64,000 nt of DNA, taken from Cycas panzhihuaensis. Lineage: Eukaryota; Plantae; Cycadophyta. The DNA lies in the NCBI GenBank assembly GCA_023213395.1, contig CM041465.1, forward strand, positions 228,353,741-228,417,740, given 5' to 3'. The translations under genes and the position numbers were made by a program. The stretch's first letter is position 1; the number at the start of each line of letters is the position of its first letter. A model generated the notes under the pieces. That model was not told where the DNA came from. It saw only the letters and a program-made list of their open reading frames with translations, and did no database searches. Below, one piece after another: positions 50,101 to 64,000 of this stretch.

Positions 50101-51276
50101 TATTTTTGAACTGCCTGATTACTATCTTTTCGTCGACGGGGCGGTGACGACGACTGTGACTCCTTCTCCATAATGGTGGCGTTTGACGGCTATGGTAGAT
50201 GGCGGCTCCGTTTCTGGCTCCCGTCCGGTAGGTGACAACTACAACGTCGGCTCCTTCTGAACAACGACGGCTCCTTCCAAATAGCGACGACTCCTTCTGA
50301 ATAGTGGCAACTCCTATACCGAGTGGCGGCGGCTCCTTTCATCAGCAGCGACTGCTTCATGTGACAGGCACAGGAACGACATCTAAGAGCAGGGTGTTGC
50401 CACGATGGCTACAACAAGTGACTGGGCTTCGACGAGATCTCCATAGTGGCGGCAGTCCGGAGACTAGTGATTGGCAGGTTTCTTCTAACTAGCTATGGCA
50501 GCTCAGGAGCAATGGTGGCTGCGCGATGGGAGAGGCTCCACAAAGGGCGCTAGAAGGAGGGCAGTTCTGGTTTATCTCCCTGAGTAATGATAGCTGACAA
50601 CTGTGCCTCTTAACATAAGCGTCTTCATTTAGTTGTGCTCCTTCACAGTCACTAATTTCAGAGGAGGGAAGACTTAGATCATGCGACCATCAGGCAGCAA
50701 CTCAAACGTCCTCATGCAGACTAGCAACATCAATTGAAGGACAATTGACCCTCTCTGAATCTCAATTAGCATATACTTTGTGTTTGGTAGACAAGAAGAG
50801 GAGGGCATACTCTTCTTAAGACAGAACCTAACACACACTTGGACAGAATCTCACAAACATAGGGTATTATCTAAGTGTCAAGAACCTAAGCTCTGATACC
50901 ATGTAGGAATGAGTGGATAGGAGGAGGAGACATGTCATAAAGCACATGTGAAAAAACCACAAGAGATGACAATGCGACAAATGACTCACAACTCTCGAAA
51001 TGTCATTAAGAAAATATGAATGATATAAGTACATATTTATAACTTTACACTAAGTCTAAACATAGGAGGTGGTTCAACAACTCCAACGCTCCCATGAATT
51101 TTGGTGTGCTCAAACTACCTCATTAATAGTTTGAGCATCTTTGAGTTCTAGAACATTGACTAAGAATCTTCTCTCACTAGAATATTCTCATCAAGAATAT
51201 TCTATGTGAGCAATTATTCTAATGAAATGAAATGAACTTAAATGAACATGTAATGGGAATGTACATTATTCCAACA
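47200..51276 (-). mobile_element. Element E: non-autonomous LTR element with gag remnant and internal tandem repeats
   Basis: 375-bp LTRs at 47200-47574 and 50902-51276; PBS at 50890-50901; PPT from 47575; (A)AGAT duplicated at both flanks; gag-like YENLWELL..LAFINLLVVDE at about 48600-48810. Confidence 0.92.
47910..48150. repeat. Roughly 40-bp minisatellite inside element E
   Basis: About five GATCAACTAGAA(C/T)TAAGTG..CACATCCTGT(T/C)GTTG-like units. Confidence 0.75.
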
Positions 51277-52712
51277 AGATACACTTCAAACTGTTATGAT
51301 CCAACTTCTTTCGATGTGCGTCCGGGATGTCTTCATATGCAATTGCCCTTAAACACCTTGAAATAATTAATGGAATGTTTTTGACCAGTCCAACACTCTT
51401 TGGGGGTAATGCCATGAACAACTTTCAAAGGGATCCTATTCAGAATATAAACAACTATTGCAGTAGCTTTTGCCCAAAACATTGGCGGTAGATTCTTTGC
51501 ATGCACCATACACCTCACCTTCTCCATCATGATACGATTCTTTCTCTTTGCAACACAGTTTTGCTGTGTGGTATATATGGCAATTAGTTCCCATTTGATA
51601 CCATGATCAACGTAGAACTGATTAAAGGTATTATTGTCATACTCCTTACCATTATCACTTCTCAAAATTTTTATTTTCTTATCATTCTCTTTCTTGGCTC
51701 TAACTTTCCATTCATAAAAGTGATCGAACACTTTAGACTTGTTTTTCAAGAAAAAGACCTAGACTTTCCTGCCCTATAAACACAAGGGCAAAATGAGCAC
51801 CTGATATAGAACGATTTGATAGTGGCCCCATCAAATCAATATGTACAAGCTCCAACTTCTCATTTGCTCTACAGGCACAATCCCTAGTAAAAGGATAGTT
51901 ATGGTGTTTTCCATATATACATCCTTCACAAATGCCTTCTGAACATGGAACCTATGGTATACTTACCACCATCTTTAACCTATTCATAAGGCTGATGCTC
52001 CTATAGTTAAGGTGACCAAGACGCTCTTACCATAACTTGCTCACATCATCAGCACTATTAATAAAAACATAGGATTCCTTTTGGGCTCCAAAATTTTCAA
52101 ACACCCAAAAGTTATCTTGAACTTTTCCAGTAGCAACGATAGAGAAATTCTTCTTAGGATCTTTACCTATGTATCTATTATTGTAAAGCTCAATTTTCAT
52201 ACCTTGTTTACAGATTTCTTGGGCAAAAAGAAGATTAAGTTTCATCTTTGGCACATAATAAACACCATTGAATTTACCTCCTGCAAGCACAAGAGAACTA
52301 ACACCTTCAACAAGCAATACACGAGCATCTCCAAGAATGACATTAGCATCACTTGAACCTGCATCCAAGGCATCAAAGTTTTGCTTCTGATAGGTGATGT
52401 GTTTTTGTGCACCCGAGTCTAAGATCCAATAGTCTTTCTGATTTGACTCAGCTGACAACGTTGATACCCTAACACAATGCGCTGCTACACTCTTCTACTC
52501 ACCTCTAAGCATAGAGACATCGGCCACACACGAGAATCGCCTAGACACAGTCAATAGACTATTAGGGCAACTCAGAGCTACACAGGATTTGCTGACCTGC
52601 CATCACGACGTTGAAATTAGCCGTTGATTATTGCTACCTTGCCATGTTTTCATTCATGTTTGTTGCCAAATCGTAACACATATATAAAGCACATTTGTGA
52701 CATTGGGGCGTG

Positions 52713-52717
<5 letters not shown>

Positions 52718-52762
<45 letters not shown>
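52718..52762. repeat. (TA)n microsatellite
   Basis: TA run with one TG interruption. Confidence 0.95.
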
Positions 52763-53026
52763 TCTTCGGTTGTGTTATCTGAGATATAATAGTGGTGTGA
52801 ATCTCTCTATTACATGACATGCATTTAAAGCATGTGTATGACATTTTTAGTGTGTGACATATGACTTTGATGACATTTTTGAGGCGTATTATATTTGTGG
52901 CATGGTGTTTGTAAATGGCACATTTGTGACATTGAGGCTAAAAGAAAACATGCTTGAATGAAGAAAAGGCCATTTTTTATGTGAGAGAGTATGCCTTTAT
53001 AAATACATGGAGTGTTTTGTAACCGC

Positions 53027-55325
53027 TTATCTATCTCAAGCCAAGGCTATCTCTAAAGAGTTGAAACTTGTCTTTGCTTATAGGTTTAGTCAAGATATCA
53101 GTAAGTTGTTCATTTGTTGTACAATGCAACAAATCTATCTCCTTGTTTTGCACCTTTTCTCAAATGAAGTGATGATGCACTTCAATATGTTTGGTTCGAG
53201 CATGGAAGATTGGATTCTTTATCATCTTTATTGTGCTTTGATTGTCACAAAAGAGCATTGTTTGTCCACTTTGTTGTTGATTCAGATCTATGAACAGTTG
53301 TTTTAGCCAAACTGATTCACAAGATGTACTGACAGTTGACTCGTATTCTACTTTTGTAAACAACAAGGCAACAATTGATTGCTGTTTGCTACTCTAAGAC
53401 TCTGTTGCTAATCCAAGAAGGAAGTAATACCCACTTGTTGATTTTCTTTTTTCCTTATCTCCTGCCCAATTAGAGCCACTGTATCCAACCACATTTCCTA
53501 GTTCTTTTCTTTGATATGTGAATTTCAAATTTGAATTGCCTTTTAAATACTTGAGTATTCTTTTAGTTGCTCTCCAATGCAACGATTTTGGATCTTGCAT
53601 GTACCTGGAAATTACTCTGACAGAATATGAAATGTTAGGTCTAGTAGCAGTATGGTAGATCAAGCTACCAACCAATTGGCTGTATAGCGTTACATCAACC
53701 AAAGTTTCTTTTGTGGAAGGTGTCAGATCGCACTCTATTTTTGTAGTGGTTGCACAACTATTGCAATCTTCCATTTTGAATTTCTTTAGCACGTCCTTGG
53801 TATATTTATTTTGTGATAGGGTGATTGAATCTTTTTGTTGTTTTATTTCTATACCAAGATAATAATTTAGAAGTCCCAAATCTGTCATTTCAAAACCTTT
53901 TTCTAATTGAAACTTTATAGCTTAGATAGACTCTGTGTCATTGCCTATGAGGAGCATGTCATCTATATATACAACAATTATTGTAATTAATCCTTTATTT
54001 TTCTTCACATATAAACTAGGATCTGATTCACATCTTTGGAAACTATTTTGAACGAGAAACTTGTCCAACTTGGCATACCGTGTCCTCGGGGCTTGTTTTA
54101 GCCCATATAGTTCCTTTGTTAGCCTATATACAAGATGCTCTTGACCATTTGGATGTATCCCTCTGGTTGATGCATGTGAACTTCTTCAAGGTCTCCATTT
54201 AGGAAGGCACTCTTTACATTCAATTGATAAACTTTGCAATTTTGCTGTGCAGCTAAGGCGACTACCATCCTCACAATATTTAGTTTTGTTATTGGAGAGA
54301 GGGTTTCATTATAATCTATCCCAGTTGTTTAAGTGTAGCCCTTAGCTACTAATCTAGCCTTGCATTTTTCTATCTTCTCATAAAAAATCTCTTTTATTTT
54401 ATGCACCCACTTACAGTTAACAATTACTTTACTTGTAGGTGGTTCAACTAGTTCCCAAGTTTTGTCTTTGGAGATTGATTCCATTTCTGTGTCCATTGCT
54501 GATTTCCACTCAACATGCTGGCTTGCTTCTTCATATGACTTGAGGTTCAACAAAACATAGAAGAGTTCAATGTTTTTGAGGCCTGGTTTTGTGATCAAAT
54601 ATGTTGCCTTTAGCCTCTTCAACTGTTTTGAGATACCATTTAGATATCTTTCTGGAGGATGCCCTGCTTTCCTCATCTTCTTCGCCGCTTGTTTCCTTAG
54701 GGAGCAAAGGACCACTTTCAGATTGCTCTTTTTCCTTCGTTACTATATCTTCAGAAGTGATTCCTGATATGTCTTTAGGTGGAGGGATTTTTATGGGAGT
54801 TTCCTTTGTAGGCACTTCAATTTCTTGACATATTATTGGACTTGCAACAATGTCTTATTCATTAAAAATAACATCTCTATTTGCATAGGCCTTGTTTGTT
54901 TTTGGGTATATGCATCTATAGGCTTTTGAATTTTTACTGTAGCCTATCATTATGCACTCTATTCTTTTACAATCTAGTTTTGGTTTCTTCTTGTTAGAAA
55001 TATGAACAAAAGCTTGACAACCAAAGATTTTCAGATTACTTACATTAGGTTTGTGACCCATTCATGCTTCTTGTGGAGTTACCTTATCTAAGGCAAAAGT
55101 TGGACTTCTGTTTATTAGATAGACTTTTGTATTTACAGCTTTTTCCCAATAAGTTTTTGAGATTTGTCTATCATGTATCATACTTCATGCCATTTCCATG
55201 ATGGTCTTGCTCATCCGCTCAACCACTCGATTGGATTAAGGTGTGTAAGGAGTTGTGATCTGCTGACGTATCCCATGAGTTTTGCAGTGGAATTGAAACT
55301 CTTTCGAAGTATACTCTCCTCCTTC
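53027..55325 (-). mobile_element. Ty1/copia fragment F (INT C-half, RT, RNase H)
   Basis: GGEYTS.. integrase, KIFGCQAFVHI (SH3), KARLVAKGY, MTDLGLLNYYLG and HARTKHIEVHHHF; related to elements C and G. Confidence 0.9.
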
Positions 55326-55330
55326 ACCAA

Positions 55331-58300
55331 TGTTGACTTCGAATTTCACTACACTTGTGAGAAATGAACTTGTCAAGGGATCACTGGTGGTAGTCTAGCT
55401 TAGGATACAGTCAACATATTCATGTTTCCATTCTAGTCACTTGACACACAATATGGAAGGAACAAATCATCACATATTCATCATTATTCCATCAAAACAG
55501 TACACTAATCATCATATACTCCTTGTGCAATGAGTACCATACACATAATACACAATATTTCCACGTAACTTTCTCTTTGTTAAGCAATAAGATCAATACA
55601 TTTTGTTCTGGAACGTATCCTGCATACGTTTTAGCCGTATACACACTACATTGTCATATGTGTTTCGCAAGGGAATGCACCAGGGAATGTATCCACTGAT
55701 TCACCCAATCGTACTGTCCTTCTTAGTATTTTGGCTCTTGAATTGACTCATGGAATGAATGCTCGACTCTCACTATTGAATTGATGAGAAAGGTACCCTT
55801 AAATGGCTCCTTTTGGCTTCCTTTGAGTGAATATTGACCCCATGTCATAATTGTACCTCTTTGTTGTCAACATACCCTTTCACTTAATCTTGTGATTAGT
55901 CACCTTAAATGGCTTCCTTTTCGCCCGTACGTACTCCTGTTTTGGCTGACGTCATCAGATTTGGGCGTCCTTTGGTTCCTCTCTATCATGCATATTGTTC
56001 TATCTGCTAGCATACCTGGAAAGGTACGTATCCTGTTCTGCATACCCAGTCGTCATGCATTTCAATTTTTCCTGTTATACGTACCTCTGTATGGTCCATA
56101 CCTGCACTCTTCTAGTCAGTACAAGCCTGCATACTAGTTGTCTCATAGTTTATGTGCCAAACCTATCCCCAACATCTATCCTGGGTCAACGAAAAAGAGT
56201 TGAGCATCCCTGCTCATCAAAATTTCAAAATATTTTTGGGTATCCTTCTTTCCCACTTTATCCTTAGGCTACTCCTATAACATTTACTCTGTCGTTGAGT
56301 CTCGTGTGCCCAAAATTTCTTTAATAATTTGGGTAAGGGTTGCAATAATAGTGTCCTTTTCCTTGATTTTGTCCTGTAGGGTAGCTATCTCTCCCTTGTA
56401 TTCTGTCTCCATTTCTTCGGTCATGCGAATTATTTCCTTTGCTTTCCCTTTTGCTTGAGTTGGTTGAGATGATGTTTCCCCTGCCTCCATTGTGTGAGGA
56501 AATTCAGTCCATTCTTCTAGTGAAGGTTCTCCTTCAATTTCTTCTTTCAACTACTCTTCATCCCATCTTCTCTTGGAACTTTTTCATATTGCTTATTTGG
56601 TACAATGTGGGATGGAAGCGCCCGGAGTTTGCTGTAGCCACTTTAAAATCTTTGTCATTTCTTTTTTAACTCGTTTTTTAAATTTCCTCGTCTTAAGTAT
56701 TTTCTACAAATGCATGTACCCATTGTTTTATCCGCGGTTCACGCGGGCGAATGGGTAGTTGGGGAGATTGCATTCTTGGACACTGATACATCAAAATTGC
56801 CAATAATAAGGAGGGGTGTCTGAAAGGATGTGTCGTTACCTCCTTTATTTGTTGGTCCATATTTATTGCAAACAATTTAGACCAATTTAGTCGTTCTCCA
56901 TCCCGAACCATGGGTAATATCAACATCATTCCCCCTGGAATGTATGTGTATTTTCTTTTAGACAAGAATCTTGTATTTATGACTTTGCTATTCATTGAAG
57001 TCTTATACCTTTGATATCTGCCCCTCAAATACCGCCTAACAATATTTGGGTGTTTTATTGGCAAAACTCCCTTAGCCAAGTTTCCTGGTCCACTTCTTAC
57101 CTTTTTGTAGCAATGGGGACTTCTCCTTCCTTTGGAAGTCATGTGACTGTGTGAATAGTTTCTGCATCAAGTTTAATTTTCTTTAAATCCTTCTATAATT
57201 CTATCAATATGTCCATCAACTCTTGGTCCTAGTAGAGAGGACGTAGGTATATGTACTCTCCCTAGCCTACCTGTTTCACCTTGGCTTTGAATGGAGCAGA
57301 TAATCCCTCAAATTCTTTCCTTAATTTAGGTAAGAATGTCTCTTGGCACCCTATCGTCTTCATGCTATGCACTCTATGGAAAATCAGGAAGCAATGCAAG
57401 TATTGACAAGAAGAAAAACAAGTATGAAATCCTATGTGCATACTGTTTTAGGAGCTGATTTGGCCTTGGTGAATTGCTTGATTTTTGGCCTTAAATTTGT
57501 ATCCTTTTTCTTCTTCGAAAGCTTTGGTCTTTGCTAAATTGATGCTAGATTCAAAATTTGGTTGTCTTCTCCTGTTTTTCGCCCTACGTACCGTGTGGGA
57601 ATGCTTGTAGGTATATATAATATATGTTTGCGTTTTTGAGATTTTGTTCTGTGCGTACCCGATGGTGTACCTTTTTGGTACGTATAGTGTATTTCGGTCA
57701 CTTTTTCCCTTATTATCTTTCCTGCATCCCTGTTAACGTATTTTTTTTGGTACATAGTGTATTTTGATAGGTACGTACATATAATACTTGGTTTTTTGAT
57801 GCTTTTCCCTGATTTATTTGTTTTTTCCTTTGATTTTTCTCATGATAATACATCTTTCCTCCATATTTTGCCATATTGCTTATTTGTATGACTTGAGATA
57901 TGATTGTTTGTTCTGTTTTTTGATTTTTTTGTATTTTTTATTTACATACCGAACTAAATCATGTTTTGGCATCGAGGTGATCTGATTTGTCTTTAACTTC
58001 AAGCAATACATTATGGTACAATAAGCTGATTCATCTGGAATGTTGATATACCCTAGCTGAGATAGGGTTTTAGCTGATTGCCATTCATTCGAGTTGGTAA
58101 TAGGGGTCTATCAATCTTGCGAAGTTGTACTGAACCATTTTCAAATATCCTTTTAGTGATGTATGCCCCCAACCATTGCATTTTCAATTTCTAGGGGTGT
58201 GTTTTAAACTTGCTATCATATAGCAGTACTTGATCACCTTCTTTAAATTGTGGCATTCATAGTTGATGGTCGTGTTAGGCTTTTTGTCGTGTCTTCTATA

Positions 58301-60306
58301 TTTCTTGTAACCATTTAGCCATGTGCGTTGTTTTCTCTAATCGTATCAACTCCTTCAACCTCTTTCGTAAGGAGTGGAAGTCATCCAATCGACACTGCGT
58401 AGCTACCCTCAAGCTTGAAATTTCGAATTAGATTGGGCGGATGGCTTCAATCCCATACACTAGTTGAAATGGCATTTGTCCAGTTGATCTCTTATATGTT
58501 GTTATGAATGCCCATAATACTGAGTGTAATTTTTCAGCCTAATCTTATCTTCCTACGTCACAGATTTTCCATAGACAATTTTCTATGATTTTGTTAGAAC
58601 TTTTTGCCTGTCCATTGTCTCTTGGGTAGTATGGCGTAGATTTTCGATGACTGATCGTGAAGGTTATGTTATGGTCTGATTTAAGATATGAGCTCCTTGG
58701 ACGCTTACAATTTCTAATGGACATCCGAAATGTGTTATAATTACTTTGTATAAGAATTGGGTTGTGCTCTCTGAATCATCTTTCTTGAGTGGCCATGCTT
58801 CTACCAGAATAAAGCGGGCTTGGGAATGCCGGGTGGCTGGTTTGATTGGTCCGACGAGTCAAATCCCCATTTTTCAAATGATGCCAAAGGTAGAATATGG
58901 TGAAGTGGTTGGAAATCCTGTCGATTAGGTTTCCCTACCCTCTGGCAATAGCCACATTTTTGTATCCATTTTTTTACATCTTCGAACATTGATGACTATC
59001 AGAATTCAGATGTTAACACTTTCCTCCATGTTGTCATTTTTCCCATATGGCCTTCCGCTATTTGCTCGTGTGCTTGAGCCATGATCTGATTAATTTCGTG
59101 TGGTTTCACACATCGTCGTAGTACCTCATATGGTCCTGATTTATATACTTCTCCTTTAATTAAAGGTTCAACTTTCCATATGAAATTTCTTGGCTCCTTT
59201 CTAGCCAATCCTAGTGGTTGTTCACCCATCGCCAGATATTCTAGTATTCCCTCATACCATTTTGTTGGAACTGCTTCTATACTGAATAGTGTTACATCTG
59301 GAAAATCATCGGGCACTCTCGTGGCTTTTACCCTGTTGGTAATCATTGATAATTGGTCTAGTATCATATGAACTCTCCCTAGTTTCACCATCATTTAAAT
59401 GAGAACTCTTGCAATAACATAAGCCATCTATTGTTCGCCCTTTCATTATAGGTTTGTTTACCAAATACATAAGGGCTGGGTGGTCCATAAAGAATATGAA
59501 TGGATTAGACAATAAGTAATGTTGAAATTTTTGCAATGCATAAACCATTCTAAGTGCTTCTTTTTCTGTCGTGGTATAGTTTTGTTTGGCCTTCGTCAAT
59601 TTTTGACTCGTAAAGTAGATAGGATGATCCACCTTGTCATCACTTGGTTGGGCTAATACATATCGAGTGGCGTATTGTAATGCGTCGACAAGCACATGAA
59701 AGAATTTTGTCTAATTTGGAAATCTTAATATTGGGGTAGATGTGATTTATTTTTTCAAGGATTCAAAAGCATGTTGCTGTTTGATACTCCATTCCCAATC
59801 AATGTCCTTTTTCAACAATTCTTCTAGAGGTTCTGATATACGTGCGTACCCTCTGATAAATTTTTTGTAGTATTCTGTTAATCCTAGGAATCCTTTCAAC
59901 TGCTTCTTTGTAATTGGTACTGGAAAATGTAGGGTTGCTGAAACTTTAGTCGGATTCGTTAATAATCCTTCTTGGCTCACAATATGTCTTAGTAGGCTTC
60001 CAAAAGGCACCAAAAAGATACATTTCCTTGGATTTAAATGTAGCTTGCTTTCCCGACAGGGTTTTTCTCAGGTTATTCATGTGATTTTTCATGAATCCAT
60101 ATAACGTCCAATCATCTAGAAAAATTGCCACTTTGTCTCCAGTCATTTTGCAAAAAATGTTTATAACAATCCTTTGGAATGTGGTTGGGGCGTTGTTAAG
60201 GCCAAAGAGCATTACCTTGTATGCGTATGTTCCCCATTCAGTAACAAAGGTTGTTTTTTTTACTTGATCTTCTGGGGCAATTTGAATCTGATTGTATCCA
60301 CTAAAT
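55331..60306 (-). mobile_element. Athila/Tat-like Ty3/gypsy element (RT-RH-INT, extra 3' ORF, 3' LTR)
   Basis: LTR 55331-55872 bounded by TGTTGAC...GTCAACA with an adjacent purine tract; RT (FGLNNAPTTFQR, FLDD); RNase H (NYTTTEKEAL); integrase at 58.0-59.1 kb; extra ORF pieces at 56284-57350. Confidence 0.88.
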
Positions 60307-63300
60307 TGATACTAAATTGATAAAAAACAAAGGAGAAAAACTAAACAAGGTTTATTTAGAGAAGGGAAAGATAGGATATCTTCATTGAGTTTTAATCTCC
60401 TTAAATATACATCAAGAATGTGACTGTTACATATTGAAATGTAACCGATCAGTCTAAGACTGCCAAGTGTCACAGTCTCATATTGGAGTTACATTTGAGG
60501 GTGGTCTCAACATGACCCCCTTTCTCACTTAGATAAAACATTATATACCAACACCCTCTCTTAATGTTTTATCTCTAACAGGCTCATTTTGTTTCTTAAA
60601 TATTTAAGCCTTTCTTTTCCAAGAGGCTTTGTCAGAAGATCTGCAACTTGTTTTGCTGACGAACAACACTCCAAGTCAATTTCTTTATTATGTACTTTTC
60701 TCTTATGAAGTGATGGTGAACTACAATATGCTTGGTTCTTGCGTGCAGAATTGGATTTTTGGTTAGCTTGATAGCACTTTGATTGTCGCACTTCAAGGAA
60801 GTTGCCTTTTTTTGTTGTTGATCTAGGTCGAGTAGAAGTTGTCTTAACCAAATAACTTCACAAGTTGCTGATGCAGCAGCTTTGTATTCCGCTTTTGTAG
60901 AGGAAAGAGCAACTGTAGCCTGTTTCTTACTACACCAAGAGATTGCTGATGATCCCAAGAAAAAACAGTATCCACTGGTGGATTTCCTTTGTTCTTTGGC
61001 TCCAGCCTAGTCGGAGTCACAATATCCTGATACTTCGATCGAGCATCTTTTTAAGTATACTAACTTAAGGTCTGTTGTTCCTTTAAGATATCTCAAAATT
61101 CTTTTTGCAGCCTGCCAATGTCTTAATTTTGGATTTTGCATGTATCTGGATACTAGTCCTACTGAATAAGATATGTCAGGCTTGGTAGCTGTCAAATAAA
61201 TTAGACTTCCAATCATTTGTCTATATAAAGTGACGTCAGCATCTTTTTCCATGTTATCTGCCATTAAGTCACAGTTTGTTTCCATGGGCATTGTACACGG
61301 ATTGCAGTTCTTCATCTGAAATCGAACAAGTAAATTTTTGATGTAGTTGCTCTGGGACAAGGTTATGTGACTTTGATATTGACCTATTTCCAATCCCAAG
61401 TAATAGTTTAGCGAACCCAAGTCTGTCATTTCAAATTTCTACTGAAGTTGATCTTTGATGTCTTTGATTCCTCCTTCATCATTTCCAGTAAGAAGCATAT
61501 CATCAACATAGACTACAATTATTGTTATCTTGTCATTCTTTTTCCTTATGTAGAGGCTGGAGTCTGAGTTGCATCATTTGAACTCATTTTCTTTGAGGAA
61601 ATAATCTAGTTTGGCATGCCAAGCCCGAGGAGCTTGTTTTAGACCATACAGAGCCTTTTTTAATCTGTAGACTAGATTTTCTTGTCCTTTTTCAATGTAC
61701 CTTTCAGGTTGTTGCATGTAGACTTCTTCTTCTAATTCGCCATTTAGGAAGGTGCTTTTTACGTCCAATTGAGAGATTTTCCAATTTTGTCTTTCGACCA
61801 AAGCTATTCTCGTTGTCACAAGTGTTCATTTTTACTCTTGGAGAAAGTTTCATCAAAATCCACACCTGCTGTTTGTGTATATCCTTTTGCGACTAATCTT
61901 GCTTTATACTTTTCTACCTTACCATCCATTCCCTTTTTTGTTTTGTAAACCCATTTGCAGCTTAACAGCAGATTTGTTGGCAGGTAGTTCTACTAATTCC
62001 CATGTCTGATTCTTTCTGATTGAATTCATTTCATTGTCCATTGCAACTTTCCTTTCTTGATGATCTTTTGCTTCTTGAAAGCTTTGAGGTTCGACTTTGC
62101 TTAGTAGAGCTTTTGACCTTTGCCCTCTTGTTTTCTGTTCCATTATATTACTTTTCCCTACCTCAATTGTTTTAATATACCATTTTGGCAACTTTTTCTG
62201 TTTTCGTGAGTCTTCCTTCCCACTGGAATCTTCTGTTACTTGATCTGGATTAGTTTCACTTGTTGATGATGGATGAGCTGCCTTCTTACAAGTGATCTCC
62301 GATTCATTCTCTTGCTCGATGTCTTTTTACGACACGGTGCTCCTCCTTCTGAAGTGATCTCTGATTCATTTTCCTGTTTAGCTTCTTATGCCTCTTCTTC
62401 TGAAGTGATTTCTGATTCATTTTCAGTGTTTCTTGCAGCTTCTTGTTCAATTTCCTTTTCACCCCTTCTATTATTCTGGTTTGTGAAGATTCAATAGAAT
62501 CTTCTTCATTAAAAATGACATCTCTGCTTACATAGATTTTGTTAGTTTTAGGATCTATGCATTTATAGGCTTTTGAATTTTTACTGTAGCTTATCATAAT
62601 GCATTCTATGCTTTTTGCATCCAGTTCGGATCTTTTTTTATCTGGAACATGAACAAATGCTTGACTGCCAAAAACTTTGAGAAGACTTCTGACTTATTAT
62701 GCAAGAAATATACCCATACTTTCCGAGTGAAGTCATCAATGAATGTTAGAAAGTATCTGCATCCGTTAATTGTGAGTGGTGTAATTGGACCACAAATATC
62801 TGTATGTATCAATTCTAGCTTTGACTGAGCTCTCCAAACACTTTCTTTAAAATGATGTCTATGCTGTTTGCCTAGTTGACAGCCTTTACATACAAAGTTC
62901 TCTGATGAAATGCTAGGCAAACTATTCACCATCCCTAATTTTTCCATTAGTTTTAGTGAGTCAATTGAGAGATGTCCATACCTCAAATGCCAAGCTTTAT
63001 TATTAGATTTAGAAGTAGTACAAGCTTTTACTTCCAAGTAAGGAAGTACAGGATCTGACATAAGTTTATAAAGATCATTGCATCTTACTCCTTTTGCAAT
63101 AATTCCCATCTCTCTTCATATCTAGAATATGACGGTGCCCATCTTCATAAAAAATGGTTCTCAATCCTTTTTTACTCAATTGAGAGACAGAGAGAAGGTT
63201 CATTTTTAGACCTGGTACAAACAAGACATTTTCGATCTTTTTTGCATTTCCATCCAGATTTACAGAAATGGTTCCAATCCCCTTTATATCAAGGGAATAC

Positions 63301-64000
63301 TTATCACCCAATTCTACTGATTTGTCTAGATTGCAGGGTTTCAGAGTTTCAAACCATTCTTCTCGATTTGTCATATGTTTGGAAGCTCCTGAGTCTATAT
63401 ACCATATGTCCTTGTCTTTCATACTGGTGGACAAGGGCAGTGATGAAGGCAATTTCTTCTTCCTCTTCTTCGTCTTTTTCTTTACTATATCCTCCAACAG
63501 GTCTTTTTCCTTTTTAGATCTCACTTCGTCTTTGTGGACACTGATAAGGATAGTGCCCACTTTGTCCGCAATAGCAGCATATATCAAAGATTCTACAGTT
63601 GCTGGCGAAATGTCCGGTTCTTCCACAGTTGAAACAGACTCTGTTTTCTCTGCCACGTCCCTGTCCTCTTGGATCTTGCCAGCGTCCTCGTCTTCTGAAA
63701 TCTGGTGTTCCGCTTCGTCCCCGAAATTGATGTCTTCCTCTTGATCCTAAGTTTAGTCTGGATGCAAAGGCATCCTCCAATTCTGATGTGCTTTCATACC
63801 TTTTGTTTCTCTGTTCTTGTCTTAATAACAAACCTGTCAATTCATCAAGAGTTAACTTATCTAATCTATCACTATCTGTGATAGTGTTGATGATTGTATC
63901 AAATGATTTTGGTAATCTTGAAGTCACAAGTTCCACTAGATCTTGTTCAGAAATTAGACCTCCCAAGACTCAAGAGATTATTTCGAATAGTAATAATCTT
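60307..64000 (-). mobile_element. Ty1/copia element G (runs off the window), with integrase core partly deleted
   Basis: 3' LTR about 60307/60318-60553 with PPT 60554-60560; gag with two CCHC knuckles; WYIDSGAS protease; WHLRYGH; RT; RNase H. Inserted into the gypsy RT. Confidence 0.92.

Larger units (their letters stand above)
44888..52480 (-). mobile_element. Ty1/copia element D (5'-truncated), interrupted by element E
   Basis: 3' LTR at 44888-45183 with PPT; RNase H (SSTKAEY, HTKHIEI); RT (LYVDD); integrase 51333-51749 (LRSDNGKEY); protease WILDSGA at 52027-52458. Confidence 0.9.

Overview
Eukaryotic land-plant DNA; the TE families and host-gene fragments are plant-type, but the species cannot be determined. 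The window is almost entirely a nested retrotransposon graveyard: three L1-type LINE copies, about five Ty3/gypsy remnants (one Athila/Tat-like with an extra 3' ORF), four Ty1/copia copies, and five or six non-autonomous gag-only LTR elements, most with LTRs, tRNA-iMet PBS, PPT and target-site duplications (TSDs). The only probable host gene is a 5' exon at about 6.9-7.2 kb encoding an RNase H1-type hybrid-binding domain. Highlights: (1) A complete non-autonomous LTR element (14614-19696, TSD CTCTT) carries, antisense to itself, an intronless scrambled fragment of a class II diterpene cyclase (CPS, DVDD motif) joined to an Apd1/Aim32-type sucrase-ferredoxin fragment. (2) An LTR family has a 40-bp tandem array of PBS+U5-end units, and its two copies end at different units. 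(3) These two copies form a large inverted repeat inside one TSD, and the inner copy lacks integrase hallmarks. (4) A copia element has intact LTRs but an internally inverted gag-pol. All calls were made by eye; no database searches were run.
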